The notes below the pieces were generated by a model. That model searched no databases. It worked only from the letters and a program-made list of their open reading frames with translations, and was not told where the DNA came from. Both the position numbers and the translations under genes were made by a program. Positions 19,122-29,058 of a stretch of 35,221 nucleotides of DNA are shown here, in pieces (positions within the stretch are counted from its first letter, which is position 1; every line of letters begins with the position of its first letter). Source of the DNA: Paenalcaligenes sp. Lineage in GTDB: Bacteria; Pseudomonadota; Gammaproteobacteria; Burkholderiales; Burkholderiaceae_B. The stretch covers positions 1 to 35,221 of the forward strand of contig DATGRU010000040.1 in assembly GCA_035303295.1 (NCBI GenBank). The letters run 5' to 3'.

Positions 19122-20495
19122 ATGCAGTTTCTTAGGCGTCTTCAAGCTAAGGTGCCTTCAGATCATCAGCGCATTGCTCGCGGTGCCATGCGGGTGGCCA
19201 TTTTCCTGTTGCTGGGTAAGGCTGCAGGCGCTTTTAAAGAAATGGCGGTTGCATACCGCTATGGCATCAGTGATGTCGTAGACGCCTATCAATTTACTAT
19301 GGTGATGGCCAATTGGTTGCCCATCACCATTGTGGGTGTGTTGTCGGTGGTGCTGATACCGGTATTAGTGCAGGCGCATTATCAAGATCAGCAACGACGC
19401 CATCGTTTTTTGAATGAGTTGGTGGCAGCCAGCATGGTGCTGGGTGGCTTATTAGTGGCGCTGATCTGGTTTAGCTGGCCGTGGGTGTTAAGTGTGATGG
19501 GAACCGGTTTAAGCGCCGCGGCCCAATCCATGAGTCATGAACTGATTCGAGCCTTTGCCCCCGCTGCATTGTTGACACTACTGATTGGTATTAGTGCGGC
19601 GCGCTTACGTGCGCACGAACGTCACATTAATACCCTGCTAGAAAGTGTGCCCGCTTTTTCTATTTTAGTTTGGGTGCTGCTGGCTGAGCCGGATGCACAA
19701 GCCGGGCCATTGCTATGGGGGACCTTAATCGGATACTTCGTGCAGTGTGTGTGGCTGTATGGTTTAGCTCAACGTGCGGATCAGCTCGTGGTGCTGCCTA
19801 GGTTGGGTTTTCAATCAGAGCAATGGCCTGCCTTGCTAACCGCCGCGAGTATTATGCTGGTGGGGCAGGTGGCCATGAGCTTTGTGGGGCCTATTGATCA
19901 GTATGCCGCTGCGAAGCTGGGTGATAATGCGAACGCTACCTTGGGTTACGCTAGCCGTTTTATTTCCTTGATGTTAGGTGTAGGGGCGGCGTCGGTGGGT
20001 AGGGCTGCGCTGCCAGTGCTGGCTGATGTTAGCAGTCGAGGTGAACGCCATCGGGCACGAGAGATTGCTTTACGTTGGTCACTGATTATGATCGGCGTTG
20101 GTTTAGCCATTGCCGTGGTCGCCTTGTGGCTGGCGCCGTGGGGGGTGGCACTACTCTATGAGCGCGGTGCTTTCACGGCTGCAGATACCGCACGTGTTGC
20201 TAGCGCGTTGCGCTGGGGCTTATTCCAGTTACCGTTTTATTTTGGCGTATTGATTTTAGTGCAGCTACTTGCTAGCCAACGTCGTTACACGCTTATGGCT
20301 GCGATAGCTGTACTGAATTTTGTTGTAAAAGCGGTGATGACCATGTGGCTTGCTCCCAAAATGGGTGTGCAAGGTATTATGCTTGCTACCAGTTTGATGT
20401 ATGCCACTTCTTTTGTGTGTTATTTCATGTTGGCACTTACTAAACCGCCACAACCGGGCCAACCAGAGTCCGGTACCGAAGTACAGAACCCGTAG
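19122..20495 (+). CDS. MOP-superfamily flippase, MurJ/MviN-like
   Basis: Many TM segments; AYRYGISDVVDAY, LGYASR, LLYERGAFTAADT; probable ATG 19122. Confidence 0.8.
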   Translation: MQFLRRLQAKVPSDHQRIARGAMRVAIFLLLGKAAGAFKEMAVAYRYGISDVVDAYQFTMVMANWLPITIVGVLSVVLIPVLVQAHYQDQQRRHRFLNELVAASMVLGGLLVALIWFSWPWVLSVMGTGLSAAAQSMSHELIRAFAPAALLTLLIGISAARLRAHERHINTLLESVPAFSILVWVLLAEPDAQAGPLLWGTLIGYFVQCVWLYGLAQRADQLVVLPRLGFQSEQWPALLTAASIMLVGQVAMSFVGPIDQYAAAKLGDNANATLGYASRFISLMLGVGAASVGRAALPVLADVSSRGERHRAREIALRWSLIMIGVGLAIAVVALWLAPWGVALLYERGAFTAADTARVASALRWGLFQLPFYFGVLILVQLLASQRRYTLMAAIAVLNFVVKAVMTMWLAPKMGVQGIMLATSLMYATSFVCYFMLALTKPPQPGQPESGTEVQNP

Positions 20496-20505
20496 AACAT
20501 AAACC

Positions 20506-21627
20506 ATGCATATTATGATTGTCATTCACTCTCTGGCAGGAGGTGGAGCAGAGCGTGTTGCTGTGGATTTAGCTGCTTATTGGCTAAAGCTAGGCTATAA
20601 GGTTTCGGTCGTCACGCAAGACTCAGCGGACAGCGATGCTTATCAATTAGCTGATGGCGTGGCGCGCTTTGCACTGGGGACGGCAGGTGACTCCGGTGGA
20701 GGCTGGCGCGGGGCGGTGGCGAACGGTTTGCGGGTTGCGAAATTACGTCGTTTGTTTAAGCGTGAAAAACCCGACTGTGTGTTGGGCATGATGACCACGT
20801 CGTCCATTTTGAGTGTGGTGGCTGCACAGAAGTTGCCCATTAGGGTCATGGCCTCTGAACATACACACCCCCCCATACAGAAATTGCCTGAGGTGTGGCG
20901 CAAGTTGCGTCGCTGGGCGTATCCGCGAGCGCATGCCGTGGTTGCTCTTACAACGGGTACGGCTGCTTGGATAAACGAGCACGTGCCGGGCTCTACCGTT
21001 AAGGTCATTCCAAACTCGGTAAGATGGCCATTGCAACATACTGAGCCTCAGGTGGCTCCCCCCGATAGGCAAGGGCGTTTCCGGCTTTTGGCGGTGGGGC
21101 GTCTGCATCCGGTTAAGGGCTTTGATGTACTCATCCATGCCTTTTCTTTGCTGGCGAAGTATTTTCCGGCTTGGGACCTCGTCATTGCAGGGGAAGGGGG
21201 CGAGCGTGATGCCTTACAAGCTCAGATAGATGCGTTATCCCTAGGCGACCGAATTACGCTGGTGGGGCGAGTTGGCAATATTCGAGACTGGTACGAGCAA
21301 TCGGATTTGTATGTGCTCAGCTCACGCACCGAGGGTTTGTCCAACACTTTGTTGGAAGCCATGGCAAGTGGATTACCCGCGGTGGCCTTTGATTGTGAAA
21401 CTGGTCCACGAGAAATTATTCGCCCTGATTTGGATGGGGTGCTGGTTGCACCAGTAGAAGACCCGGAAGCGCTGGCTGCTTATTTATCAGACTTAATGGC
21501 ACACCCCTTGAAACGGCAAGCGTTAAGCAAGCGTGCTATTGATGTGCGTGACCGTTTTTCAGCAACCCGAATTATGGCGCAATGGGAACAACTGTTGAAA
21601 CAGTCAGACAACTCAGCCAAACGCTAA
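20506..21627 (+). CDS. GT4 glycosyltransferase
   Basis: 373 aa; GGGAERV, VGRLHPVKG, SRTEGLSNTLLEAMASG (EX7E). Confidence 0.92.
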   Translation: MHIMIVIHSLAGGGAERVAVDLAAYWLKLGYKVSVVTQDSADSDAYQLADGVARFALGTAGDSGGGWRGAVANGLRVAKLRRLFKREKPDCVLGMMTTSSILSVVAAQKLPIRVMASEHTHPPIQKLPEVWRKLRRWAYPRAHAVVALTTGTAAWINEHVPGSTVKVIPNSVRWPLQHTEPQVAPPDRQGRFRLLAVGRLHPVKGFDVLIHAFSLLAKYFPAWDLVIAGEGGERDALQAQIDALSLGDRITLVGRVGNIRDWYEQSDLYVLSSRTEGLSNTLLEAMASGLPAVAFDCETGPREIIRPDLDGVLVAPVEDPEALAAYLSDLMAHPLKRQALSKRAIDVRDRFSATRIMAQWEQLLKQSDNSAKR

Positions 21628-21655
21628 ACTCTGGCATATCCGAGGGCGATAGCAC

Positions 21656-22786
21656 ATGAAAATACTGTTTTTCGTAGGCTCAATGAACGCAGGCGGTGCT
21701 GAACGGGTGGCGGCTACACTGGTGAATGCATGGGTGCAACGCGGTGATGAAGTGGTGTTGGTGCCTACGCACTTGGGTTCCCGAAGCAGCTTCTATCCCA
21801 TTGACGAGCGCGTCACGCAGCGCTGGCTGCACACGCAACTGAGCCGTTGGCCATTGCCTCGCATGGTGCGCAAATGTTTGGCCATACGACGACTGATTCG
21901 CGACGAGCGCCCCGATGTGGTGGTGTCGTTTCTAACGAATGTTAACGTGGTGGTGTTGATGTCAAGCTGGGGCTTGAAGACGCCTATTGTGGTGTCCGAA
22001 CGCACGAATCCGGCGTACAGCCAAAGTGCAGGTAAAGTGCTGCGTTGGTTACGCCGCAAAACCTATGGCCGAGCGGCAAGGGTCGCACTGCAAACTGAAG
22101 CCAGTGTTAACGATTTTGCGGTACTCGAGCCCCATTTAAGGAAAGTGGCGGTGTTGCCGAACCCGCTGCCCGATGCGGTGCTGCAGGTGGAGCGACGAGT
22201 TTCGGTAGAGCACGAGCAGCCAGCACGCGTGGTGGCCTTGGGTCGGTTGGTGCCAGCTAAAGGTTTTAGTCAGCTTATTTCGGCGTTTGCCGAGGTGGCG
22301 ATGAATCGTCCCAACTGGCACCTACATATTTATGGTGATGGCCCATTACGTGACGAACTGGCGCGTAAGGCCGAGCTAGTAGGGCTAAAAGATCGTATTC
22401 ATTTAGAGGGGCGAACCGAGCAGCCCTGGGAGGCGTTGTCGCAAGCACAGATTTTTGTGCTTAGTTCGGCTTACGAAGGCTTTCCGAATGCGTTGCTGGA
22501 AGCCATGGCATTGGGTTTGGCCTGCATTAGTGTCGACTGCCCCAGCGGGCCAGCGGAAATGACGCGGCAGGGGCAGGATGGCAAATTAATCCCTCTCAAT
22601 GACGGGCCCGCTATGCAGGCCGCTTTGGCCGAGTTAATGGATGACCCGCGTTTGCGTGGGGTGATGGGGCAGCGCGCTGCGAACTCAGTGCGTTCACGTT
22701 ATGCCCTTACCTCCATATTGGCCCAGTGGGACCACGTGTTTAAAGAGGTCGGCGTGACAGTGCCCGATTCTCAACAGGAGCCATGA
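21656..22786 (+). CDS. GT4 glycosyltransferase
   Basis: 376 aa; GGAERV, LGRLVPAKG, SAYEGFPNALLEAMALG. Confidence 0.92.
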   Translation: MKILFFVGSMNAGGAERVAATLVNAWVQRGDEVVLVPTHLGSRSSFYPIDERVTQRWLHTQLSRWPLPRMVRKCLAIRRLIRDERPDVVVSFLTNVNVVVLMSSWGLKTPIVVSERTNPAYSQSAGKVLRWLRRKTYGRAARVALQTEASVNDFAVLEPHLRKVAVLPNPLPDAVLQVERRVSVEHEQPARVVALGRLVPAKGFSQLISAFAEVAMNRPNWHLHIYGDGPLRDELARKAELVGLKDRIHLEGRTEQPWEALSQAQIFVLSSAYEGFPNALLEAMALGLACISVDCPSGPAEMTRQGQDGKLIPLNDGPAMQAALAELMDDPRLRGVMGQRAANSVRSRYALTSILAQWDHVFKEVGVTVPDSQQEP

Positions 22787-25107
22787 TGTCTGATTCCGAT
22801 CCAACTCCCTTAACAGTTGTACACATTATCTCTGGCTTAGGTCAGGGGGGAGCCGAGACGGTACTGTATCGGCTCACTACTGCGCCTACTCAGACGCATC
22901 ACAATATCGTGATATCTCTGGGTAAAGCGGATGTGTTTGGGCCAAAGTTGGAAGCTGCTGGGGTGACCGTACATTGCTTAGGCATGAAGGGGCCTTTAGC
23001 GTTTGTACGTGGCTTGTTTAGATTACGTACGTTGTTAAAACAGTTGCAGCCTGATGTGGTCCAAACCTGGATGTACCACTCTGATTTACTTGGTGGCCTA
23101 ATGGCGCGTGCAGTAGGCATTAAAAATGTTGTTTGGTGTATTCGTAATTCGGGCGAGCATCTGCACCGTAGTAGCCTAAAGTCTAGAGTGGTGGCGTGGG
23201 TTTGCGCACGTTTGTCGAAGACTGTGCCACGGCGAATTGTGTCGTGTGCCGAGAATGCGGCCCGACGTCATAAACAGTGGGGCTACGACGCGACTAAATT
23301 TCAGGTGATCCCGAATGGTTATGAATTTGCTCAATGGGCACCTAACTCCGACGTACGCACTCGCTTGCGCCATGAGTTTGGGCTAAGCGAAGAAACCATG
23401 GTGTTGGGGGCGGTGGCACGCTGGAATCCCTTAAAAGATCACGCTAATTTACTGGCCGCCTTTGCTAAAGTCATCAAGAAATACCCCGAGGCTCGCTGTG
23501 TGCTGGTAGGTCAGGGTATGGATACTGACAATGCCGCTCTGATGGCGTTAATCGAGCAGTTTTCCTTGCATCAGCACGTGTTGTTGTTAGGACGCCGAGA
23601 CGATATTCCAGAGGTGATGGCGGCATTAGATGTACATGTGCTGTCAAGCAATGCGGAAGGTTTTCCCAATGTGGTGTGTGAGGCCATGGCCACTGAGGTG
23701 GCGTGTGTGGTTACTGATGTCGGTGATGCGGCGCTTATTGTGGGCGAACAAGGCGTGGTGGTGCCGCCTCGCAATGCGGAAGCCTTAGCTCAGGGAATCG
23801 TATCGGTACTGGATACTTTACATAGTCCGGCTGATGTAGAGCGACGCCGCAAAGGGCGTGAGCGGGTAACCCGCTTGTTTAGTTTGGAAACCATGGTGGC
23901 CAGCTACGATCGTTTGTGGCGTTCTGAAGCTGAATTGGCTCAACCAGTTGTAGCAAACATCTCGGGGCAAGCGGTGGCGCCATCTGGGCGACGTCTCATG
24001 ATGGTGGTGAATAATCCGGCTTTCTTTTTATCGCACCGAGTCGCGATTGCGCTTGAGGCCAAGCAACGGGGCGATGAGGTACATATTGCCACCATGGACG
24101 GCCCTGCTGTGGCGACAATTAATGCGTTGGGTTTACGCCATCACGTTATCCCCATGACGCGCAGCGGTAAAAATCCACTTCAAGAGTTGAAGACACTGTG
24201 GGCGTTATATCGGCTTTTTAAATCGGTTAAGCCCGATGTGGTTCACGCCGTAACCATCAAGCCTGTGCTGTATGGGGGCATAGCGGCTCGGTTGGCTAAA
24301 GTGCCGGGTTTTCTCGCGGCCATCTCTGGTTTGGGGTATATCTTTACGCAGGAGCAGGCCGGATTGATGCGTTCGGTCGCCATACGCTTGTATCGCCTCG
24401 CATTAGGTCACCCTCATAGCCGCGTCATTTTTCAGAATACGAATGACCGTGATGTGTTGCTGAAGGCGAAGGTCGTGAAAGCAGGGCAAGCGGTGCTGAT
24501 TCGGGGTTCTGGTGTGGATTTAACTCAGTTCTCTGGGGGGAATACCGCAGCAACACCGCCGGTGGTGGTTTTGATGGTGGCGCGCTTGTTAACCGATAAA
24601 GGCGTGCGTGAATACGTGCAGGCAGCGCGTTTAAGTGCTCGCCATGCGACGCCCATTGTTTGGCAAATTGCGGGTAGTCCAGATCCGGGTAACCCAGCCA
24701 GTATTAGCGAGGCGCAAATTCAGGAATGGCACGATCAAGGTTTTGTGCACTGGTTAGGTGAACGTGATGATGTGGCGGCGCTGTATGCTAAGGCGCATAT
24801 TGCTGTTTTGCCTTCTTACCGCGAAGGCTTGCCTAAATCGCTGGTGGAGGCGGCTGCCGCAGGGTTGGCAGTCGTTACAACCGATGTGCCGGGGTGTAGA
24901 GACGCAATTGAAGCAGAACGTACGGGTGTGTTGGTGCCTCCTAAAGATGGGGTGGCTTTAGCGCAGGCTGTGCAGCAGTTGGCGGATGATGCCGAACGTA
25001 GAGCTGCGTACGGAAAAGCGGCCCGTCAGCTGGCCGAAGAGGCCTTTGATATACAGAAGATTGTTGCTCAGCACTTGCAGTTGTACGACCAATTGGCTCG
25101 CTCGTAA
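22783..25107 (+). CDS. Fused double GT4 glycosyltransferase
   Basis: 774 aa; module 1 GGAETV...EGFPNVVCEAMA; module 2 starts near 23998 (MMVVNNPAFFLSHR...DKGVREY...EGLPKSLVEAAA...TDVPGCR). Confidence 0.9.
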   Translation: MMSDSDPTPLTVVHIISGLGQGGAETVLYRLTTAPTQTHHNIVISLGKADVFGPKLEAAGVTVHCLGMKGPLAFVRGLFRLRTLLKQLQPDVVQTWMYHSDLLGGLMARAVGIKNVVWCIRNSGEHLHRSSLKSRVVAWVCARLSKTVPRRIVSCAENAARRHKQWGYDATKFQVIPNGYEFAQWAPNSDVRTRLRHEFGLSEETMVLGAVARWNPLKDHANLLAAFAKVIKKYPEARCVLVGQGMDTDNAALMALIEQFSLHQHVLLLGRRDDIPEVMAALDVHVLSSNAEGFPNVVCEAMATEVACVVTDVGDAALIVGEQGVVVPPRNAEALAQGIVSVLDTLHSPADVERRRKGRERVTRLFSLETMVASYDRLWRSEAELAQPVVANISGQAVAPSGRRLMMVVNNPAFFLSHRVAIALEAKQRGDEVHIATMDGPAVATINALGLRHHVIPMTRSGKNPLQELKTLWALYRLFKSVKPDVVHAVTIKPVLYGGIAARLAKVPGFLAAISGLGYIFTQEQAGLMRSVAIRLYRLALGHPHSRVIFQNTNDRDVLLKAKVVKAGQAVLIRGSGVDLTQFSGGNTAATPPVVVLMVARLLTDKGVREYVQAARLSARHATPIVWQIAGSPDPGNPASISEAQIQEWHDQGFVHWLGERDDVAALYAKAHIAVLPSYREGLPKSLVEAAAAGLAVVTTDVPGCRDAIEAERTGVLVPPKDGVALAQAVQQLADDAERRAAYGKAARQLAEEAFDIQKIVAQHLQLYDQLARS

Positions 25108-25135
25108 GGCGTGTGGTCTGACGCAGTGCAGAGGC

Positions 25136-25174
25136 TAAACAGGCCGACTCAGTCATGTTGAGTCGGCCTGTTTA
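25136..25174. terminator. Hairpin between the convergent GT and pgm genes; probable bidirectional terminator
   Basis: TAAACAGGCCGACTCA...TGAGTCGGCCTGTTTA, perfect 16-bp arms. Confidence 0.75.
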
Positions 25175-25206
25175 CATGAAGCAGTGGTGAAAGAGCCTAA
25201 AAGAGC

Positions 25207-26592
25207 CTAAAAAGGCAGAGCTAGATCAGGTCTAAGCGTGCTAATTGCTTCACGGAACTCGCTTTGTATACGCTGCAGGGCTGCTTCAGTTTGCGCTTCA
25301 AAGCGAAGTACCACCACAGGTGTGGTGTTTGAGGCGCGGGCTAGTCCGAAGCCATCGGGGTATTCAGCACGGATGCCATCAATGGTGATGCGCTCGATGG
25401 CGGTGGGGAATACACCGTTTTGCTGTAGTTGGGCGACAAAGGCGTGTGGTTCGCCTTCTTGCATTTCAAGTTTTAGCTCGGGGGTGGAAATGTCTTGGGG
25501 TAGTGCATCCAACACCTCGGTGGGGTTGGCGTGTTTAGATAAAATCTCAAGCAGCCTTACCCCAGTGTATAAACCGTCATCAAAGCCATACCAGCGTTCT
25601 TTGAAGAAAATGTGGCCGCTCATCTCGCCAGCAAGGGGGGCGCCGGTTTCGGCGAGTTTGGCTTTAATGAGCGAATGACCTGTTTGCCACATTAGCGGGG
25701 AGCCGCCAGCTTTGGCCACTTCTAACCCCACATGCCGACTGCATTTTACGTCGTAAATGATGGTGGCCCCGGGGTTGCGCTCTAGTACGTCTTGGGCATA
25801 CAGCACTAACTGTCGGTCGGGCCAAATAATATGGCCACTGCGGGTAATTACACCTAGACGATCCGCATCGCCGTCGAAGGCTAAGCCCAGTTCGCAGTCG
25901 CTGTTTTGCACATGATTGATGAGATCACTAAGGTTGGCTGGAACGGCAGGATCGGGGTGATGATTGGGGAAGTTTCCATCGACTTCGCCATAAAGCATAT
26001 CAACCTCGCAGCCCAATTGCTCGTATAAGGATTTAGCCAGTACAGCGCCAGCACCGTTACCGCAGTCAATGGCAACTTTGATTGGGCGCGCAAGGTGAAT
26101 GCTATCGCAAATTTCCTGTATATACTGAGGAATAAGGTTTTTGCTGACGCACTCCCCACTTTTTTCGCTGACGGCTACACCCTGCCGCATGATGCGCTTA
26201 ATTTGCTGAATATCATCACCGTACAAGGTTTTGCCATTCAGCATCATTTTGAAACCGTTGTATTCGGGTGGGTTATGGCTACCGGTGATGGCCACGGCGG
26301 TACCCGTTTTAAGTACATGCGCGGCATAATAAACTAAGGGGGTAGGAACCAGACCTACATCGACACTGTCGACCCCCACACTGTTAATGCCTTCGTGTAA
26401 GGCTTTAGCCAGTTCGGGGCTACTGTGTCTGCCGTCATAGCCAACTACCACGGCTGGAACGCCTAAGCGTATGCATTCGGCACCTAAGGCTTGGCCTAGT
26501 GCATATGAAAACGGTTGGTTTAGTTGTGTGGGTACGATCCCGCGTATGTCATACGCCTTGAACACGGCCTCAGGCAGAGCTGGGGTTGGCAT
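25207..26592 (-). CDS. pgm: Phosphomannomutase/phosphoglucomutase (AlgC type)
   Basis: 461 aa; FKAYDIRG, TGSHNP phosphoserine loop, FDGDADR, GEMSGH, RASNTTP. Confidence 0.95.
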   Translation of the reverse strand: MPTPALPEAVFKAYDIRGIVPTQLNQPFSYALGQALGAECIRLGVPAVVVGYDGRHSSPELAKALHEGINSVGVDSVDVGLVPTPLVYYAAHVLKTGTAVAITGSHNPPEYNGFKMMLNGKTLYGDDIQQIKRIMRQGVAVSEKSGECVSKNLIPQYIQEICDSIHLARPIKVAIDCGNGAGAVLAKSLYEQLGCEVDMLYGEVDGNFPNHHPDPAVPANLSDLINHVQNSDCELGLAFDGDADRLGVITRSGHIIWPDRQLVLYAQDVLERNPGATIIYDVKCSRHVGLEVAKAGGSPLMWQTGHSLIKAKLAETGAPLAGEMSGHIFFKERWYGFDDGLYTGVRLLEILSKHANPTEVLDALPQDISTPELKLEMQEGEPHAFVAQLQQNGVFPTAIERITIDGIRAEYPDGFGLARASNTTPVVVLRFEAQTEAALQRIQSEFREAISTLRPDLALPF

Positions 26593-26706
26593 AGCAAAAA
26601 TCCCTTAAGTGGTAGAGTATTAAGCTCTCTATTATCGCCTATAGGCGTATGCTTGAGGTAGTGCCCGCGTGTAGCGGACGATGGAATTCAGATTTGAAGG
26701 GTACTT

Positions 26707-28122
26707 ATGACACAGCTTGATGACTTGGTTGCGGTGATTGGCGCAGATAACGTGCTAACAGGTGAAGCCATGGCGCCTTACCTAAATGATTGGCGCGGCC
26801 GCTACGAAGGCAAGGCACTGGCCGTGGTTCGACCAGCGGATACACAAGAAGTAGTGAAGGTTGTGCAATGGTGCCGAGCGAATCGTGTGCCGTTAGTGCC
26901 GCAAGGTGGAAATACTGGTTTATGCGGTGGTGCTACACCAGATCAATCGGGGCACAGCATTGTGCTGTCCCTAACGCGTCTTAATCAGATTCGCCAAATT
27001 GATACCGATAACGACACCATGGTGGTTGAGGCTGGGGTTATTCTTCAGGCGGTACAAGAAGCTGCTAACAGTGTCGATCGCTTGTTCCCGCTTAGTCTAG
27101 CGGCAGAAGGAAGCTGCACCATTGGTGGTAACTTGGCCACTAATGCCGGGGGAACACAAGTATTACGTTACGGAAATGCCCGCGATTTATGCTTGGGCCT
27201 AGAGGTCGTCTGCCCCGATGCCCAAGTTTGGCAAGGTTTGCGCGGTTTGCGTAAAGACAATACCGGATACGACTTAAAAAATTTATTCATTGGTAGCGAA
27301 GGCACGCTAGGCATTATCACGGCAGCCACGTTAAAGCTGTACCCTAAGCCGGTAGCGCAATGTACGGCATTATTAGCCTTGGCCTCGCTAGACGATGCGG
27401 TGGCGGTGCTATCGTTGGCTCGTAAGGGCTTTGCAGCCGCCTTAACGGGTTTTGAGGTTATTGCCCGTAATTGTTTGGAAGGTGTTGTGCAGTGTTACCC
27501 CGAACAACGCTTGCCCTTCACCGGCGAAAGTGCACAACAACCGTGGTATGCCTTGCTTGAGTTATCGGATAGTGAAAGCGAAGAGCATGCTCGCGAGCGG
27601 TTTGAAACCGTACTGGGCGAGGCTATTGAACAAGGTCTGGTTAGCGATGCGGTCATTGCTGAAAGCGTGGCGCAAAGTCATGCGCTATGGCATCTGCGTG
27701 AAAGCATCCCTTTAGCGGAAAAAGCGTTCGGCAAAAGCATCAAACACGATGTGTCGATTCCAGTGTCCTTAATTCCCGATTTTGTGGAAAACACCAACAA
27801 GGCGTTGCAGGCGAAGTTCGCTGGAATTGAACACGTGATTTTCGGGCATTTGGGCGATGGCAACTTGCACTACAACGTAGCGCGCGGTGAAGCATTCACT
27901 GAAGACGAGTTGCTGGCTAAACAAGACGATATTTACCGTGTGGTACACGACAGCGTGCATCGTTACCATGGTTCGATTAGCGCTGAGCACGGCGTGGGCC
28001 AGTTAAAACGGGATTTGCTGGTCGATTATAAAGACCCTGTCGAGCTGGCGTTGATGCACAGTATTAAACGTGCACTTGACCCAGATAACTTATTGAATCC
28101 GGGCAAGGTTTTAAATACCTAA
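26707..28122 (+). CDS. FAD-linked oxidoreductase (D-2-hydroxyacid / D-2-hydroxyglutarate dehydrogenase-like)
   Basis: 471 aa; PQGGNTGLCGG, IGGNLATNAGG, LRKDNTGYDL, IGSEGTLGII, HDVS, GHLGDGNLH, SAEHGVG, NPGK. Confidence 0.88.
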   Translation: MTQLDDLVAVIGADNVLTGEAMAPYLNDWRGRYEGKALAVVRPADTQEVVKVVQWCRANRVPLVPQGGNTGLCGGATPDQSGHSIVLSLTRLNQIRQIDTDNDTMVVEAGVILQAVQEAANSVDRLFPLSLAAEGSCTIGGNLATNAGGTQVLRYGNARDLCLGLEVVCPDAQVWQGLRGLRKDNTGYDLKNLFIGSEGTLGIITAATLKLYPKPVAQCTALLALASLDDAVAVLSLARKGFAAALTGFEVIARNCLEGVVQCYPEQRLPFTGESAQQPWYALLELSDSESEEHARERFETVLGEAIEQGLVSDAVIAESVAQSHALWHLRESIPLAEKAFGKSIKHDVSIPVSLIPDFVENTNKALQAKFAGIEHVIFGHLGDGNLHYNVARGEAFTEDELLAKQDDIYRVVHDSVHRYHGSISAEHGVGQLKRDLLVDYKDPVELALMHSIKRALDPDNLLNPGKVLNT

Positions 28123-28144
28123 GCAGTAAGGCCAGCGCGCTACG

Positions 28145-28972
28145 TTAGCGGCGCTGGCAAGCCGAACAGTAGTAGGTAGCGCGTTGGTTTTGCACAATGC
28201 GTTTAATAGGGCGGCTGCATCGAGGGCACGGTAGACCTGCTTTGTCGTAGACTTGGGCGTGTAATTCGAAGTAGGCACCAGGAGCCCCTGTCGCATTCAA
28301 GTAATCACGAAGTGTGCTACCGCCAGCTTGCAAGGCTTGCTGTAAAGTGATCACAATGGCTTCGTGCAGACGTTTCACACGCGCTTTAGATAGCGAGTTG
28401 GCTGGGCTCATGGGGTTGATACCTGCCCTAAACAACGCTTCGGATGCGTAAATATTGCCAACACCGACGACGATAGATCCACTTAACAAAGCGGGCTTCA
28501 CAGCAATACTACGTTTTTGCAGGCCTGCATAGAGTAGCTCGGGCGTAAAGGCTTCACCAAAGGGCTCAACCCCTAAATTACGTAATAACGGATGCTGCAG
28601 TAGCTCGCCCTGATCGGTCGCATGCCAAAGAACTGAGCCAAAGCGGCGTGGGTCATGCAATAGAAAGCGTGCATCGTCAAACACCCATTCAACATGATCG
28701 TGTTTAAGGCGTTCCGCATCCATCGCAACACGTCGTAACGACCCCGACATACCAAGGTGAATTAATTGGGTACCATGGGTAAAGCGCAGCAATAAATACT
28801 TTCCTCTGCGCTCACAAGCCAGTATGGTTTGATTGGTAACGAGCTCAGGCAAATCAGGGGGAATGGGCCATCGCATACGAGATTCGTGTACGATAAATTT
28901 TTTTAGCGTTTGTCCATTCATGATCGTCGCAATTCCGCGACGGGTGGTCTCAACTTCTGGTAGTTCAGGCAT
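28145..28972 (-). CDS. mutM: Formamidopyrimidine-DNA glycosylase
   Basis: 275 aa; MPELPEVET, RRGKYL, HLGMSG, DPRRFG, GVGNIYASEALF, C-terminal zinc finger CPRC...CSACQ. Confidence 0.97.
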   Translation of the reverse strand: MPELPEVETTRRGIATIMNGQTLKKFIVHESRMRWPIPPDLPELVTNQTILACERRGKYLLLRFTHGTQLIHLGMSGSLRRVAMDAERLKHDHVEWVFDDARFLLHDPRRFGSVLWHATDQGELLQHPLLRNLGVEPFGEAFTPELLYAGLQKRSIAVKPALLSGSIVVGVGNIYASEALFRAGINPMSPANSLSKARVKRLHEAIVITLQQALQAGGSTLRDYLNATGAPGAYFELHAQVYDKAGLPCPRCSRPIKRIVQNQRATYYCSACQRR

Positions 28973-29058
28973 AGGGGGGTGATAACATCAATGAATCATG
29001 CGGTCTTATGTCGCCATCTGACGCTTAATCTTATGCGCCGTTGCGCTGGTTTTATTGG

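Noticed and set aside
25191-25210. Tandem 10-mer AAGAGCCTAA x2 at the pgm stop
   Set aside because: Only two copies and no adjacent mobile element; likely a local slippage duplication
28131-28158. GC-rich hairpin overlapping the mutM stop between convergent genes
   Set aside because: No U-tract on either strand, so it is not called as a terminator
11977-28972. 8-oxoguanine deaminase and mutM (8-oxoG glycosylase) in the same window as a linked oxidative-damage system
   Set aside because: They are about 15 kb apart with unrelated operons between, and mutM sits in its usual place opposite TPR-lolB-ispE; most likely coincidence
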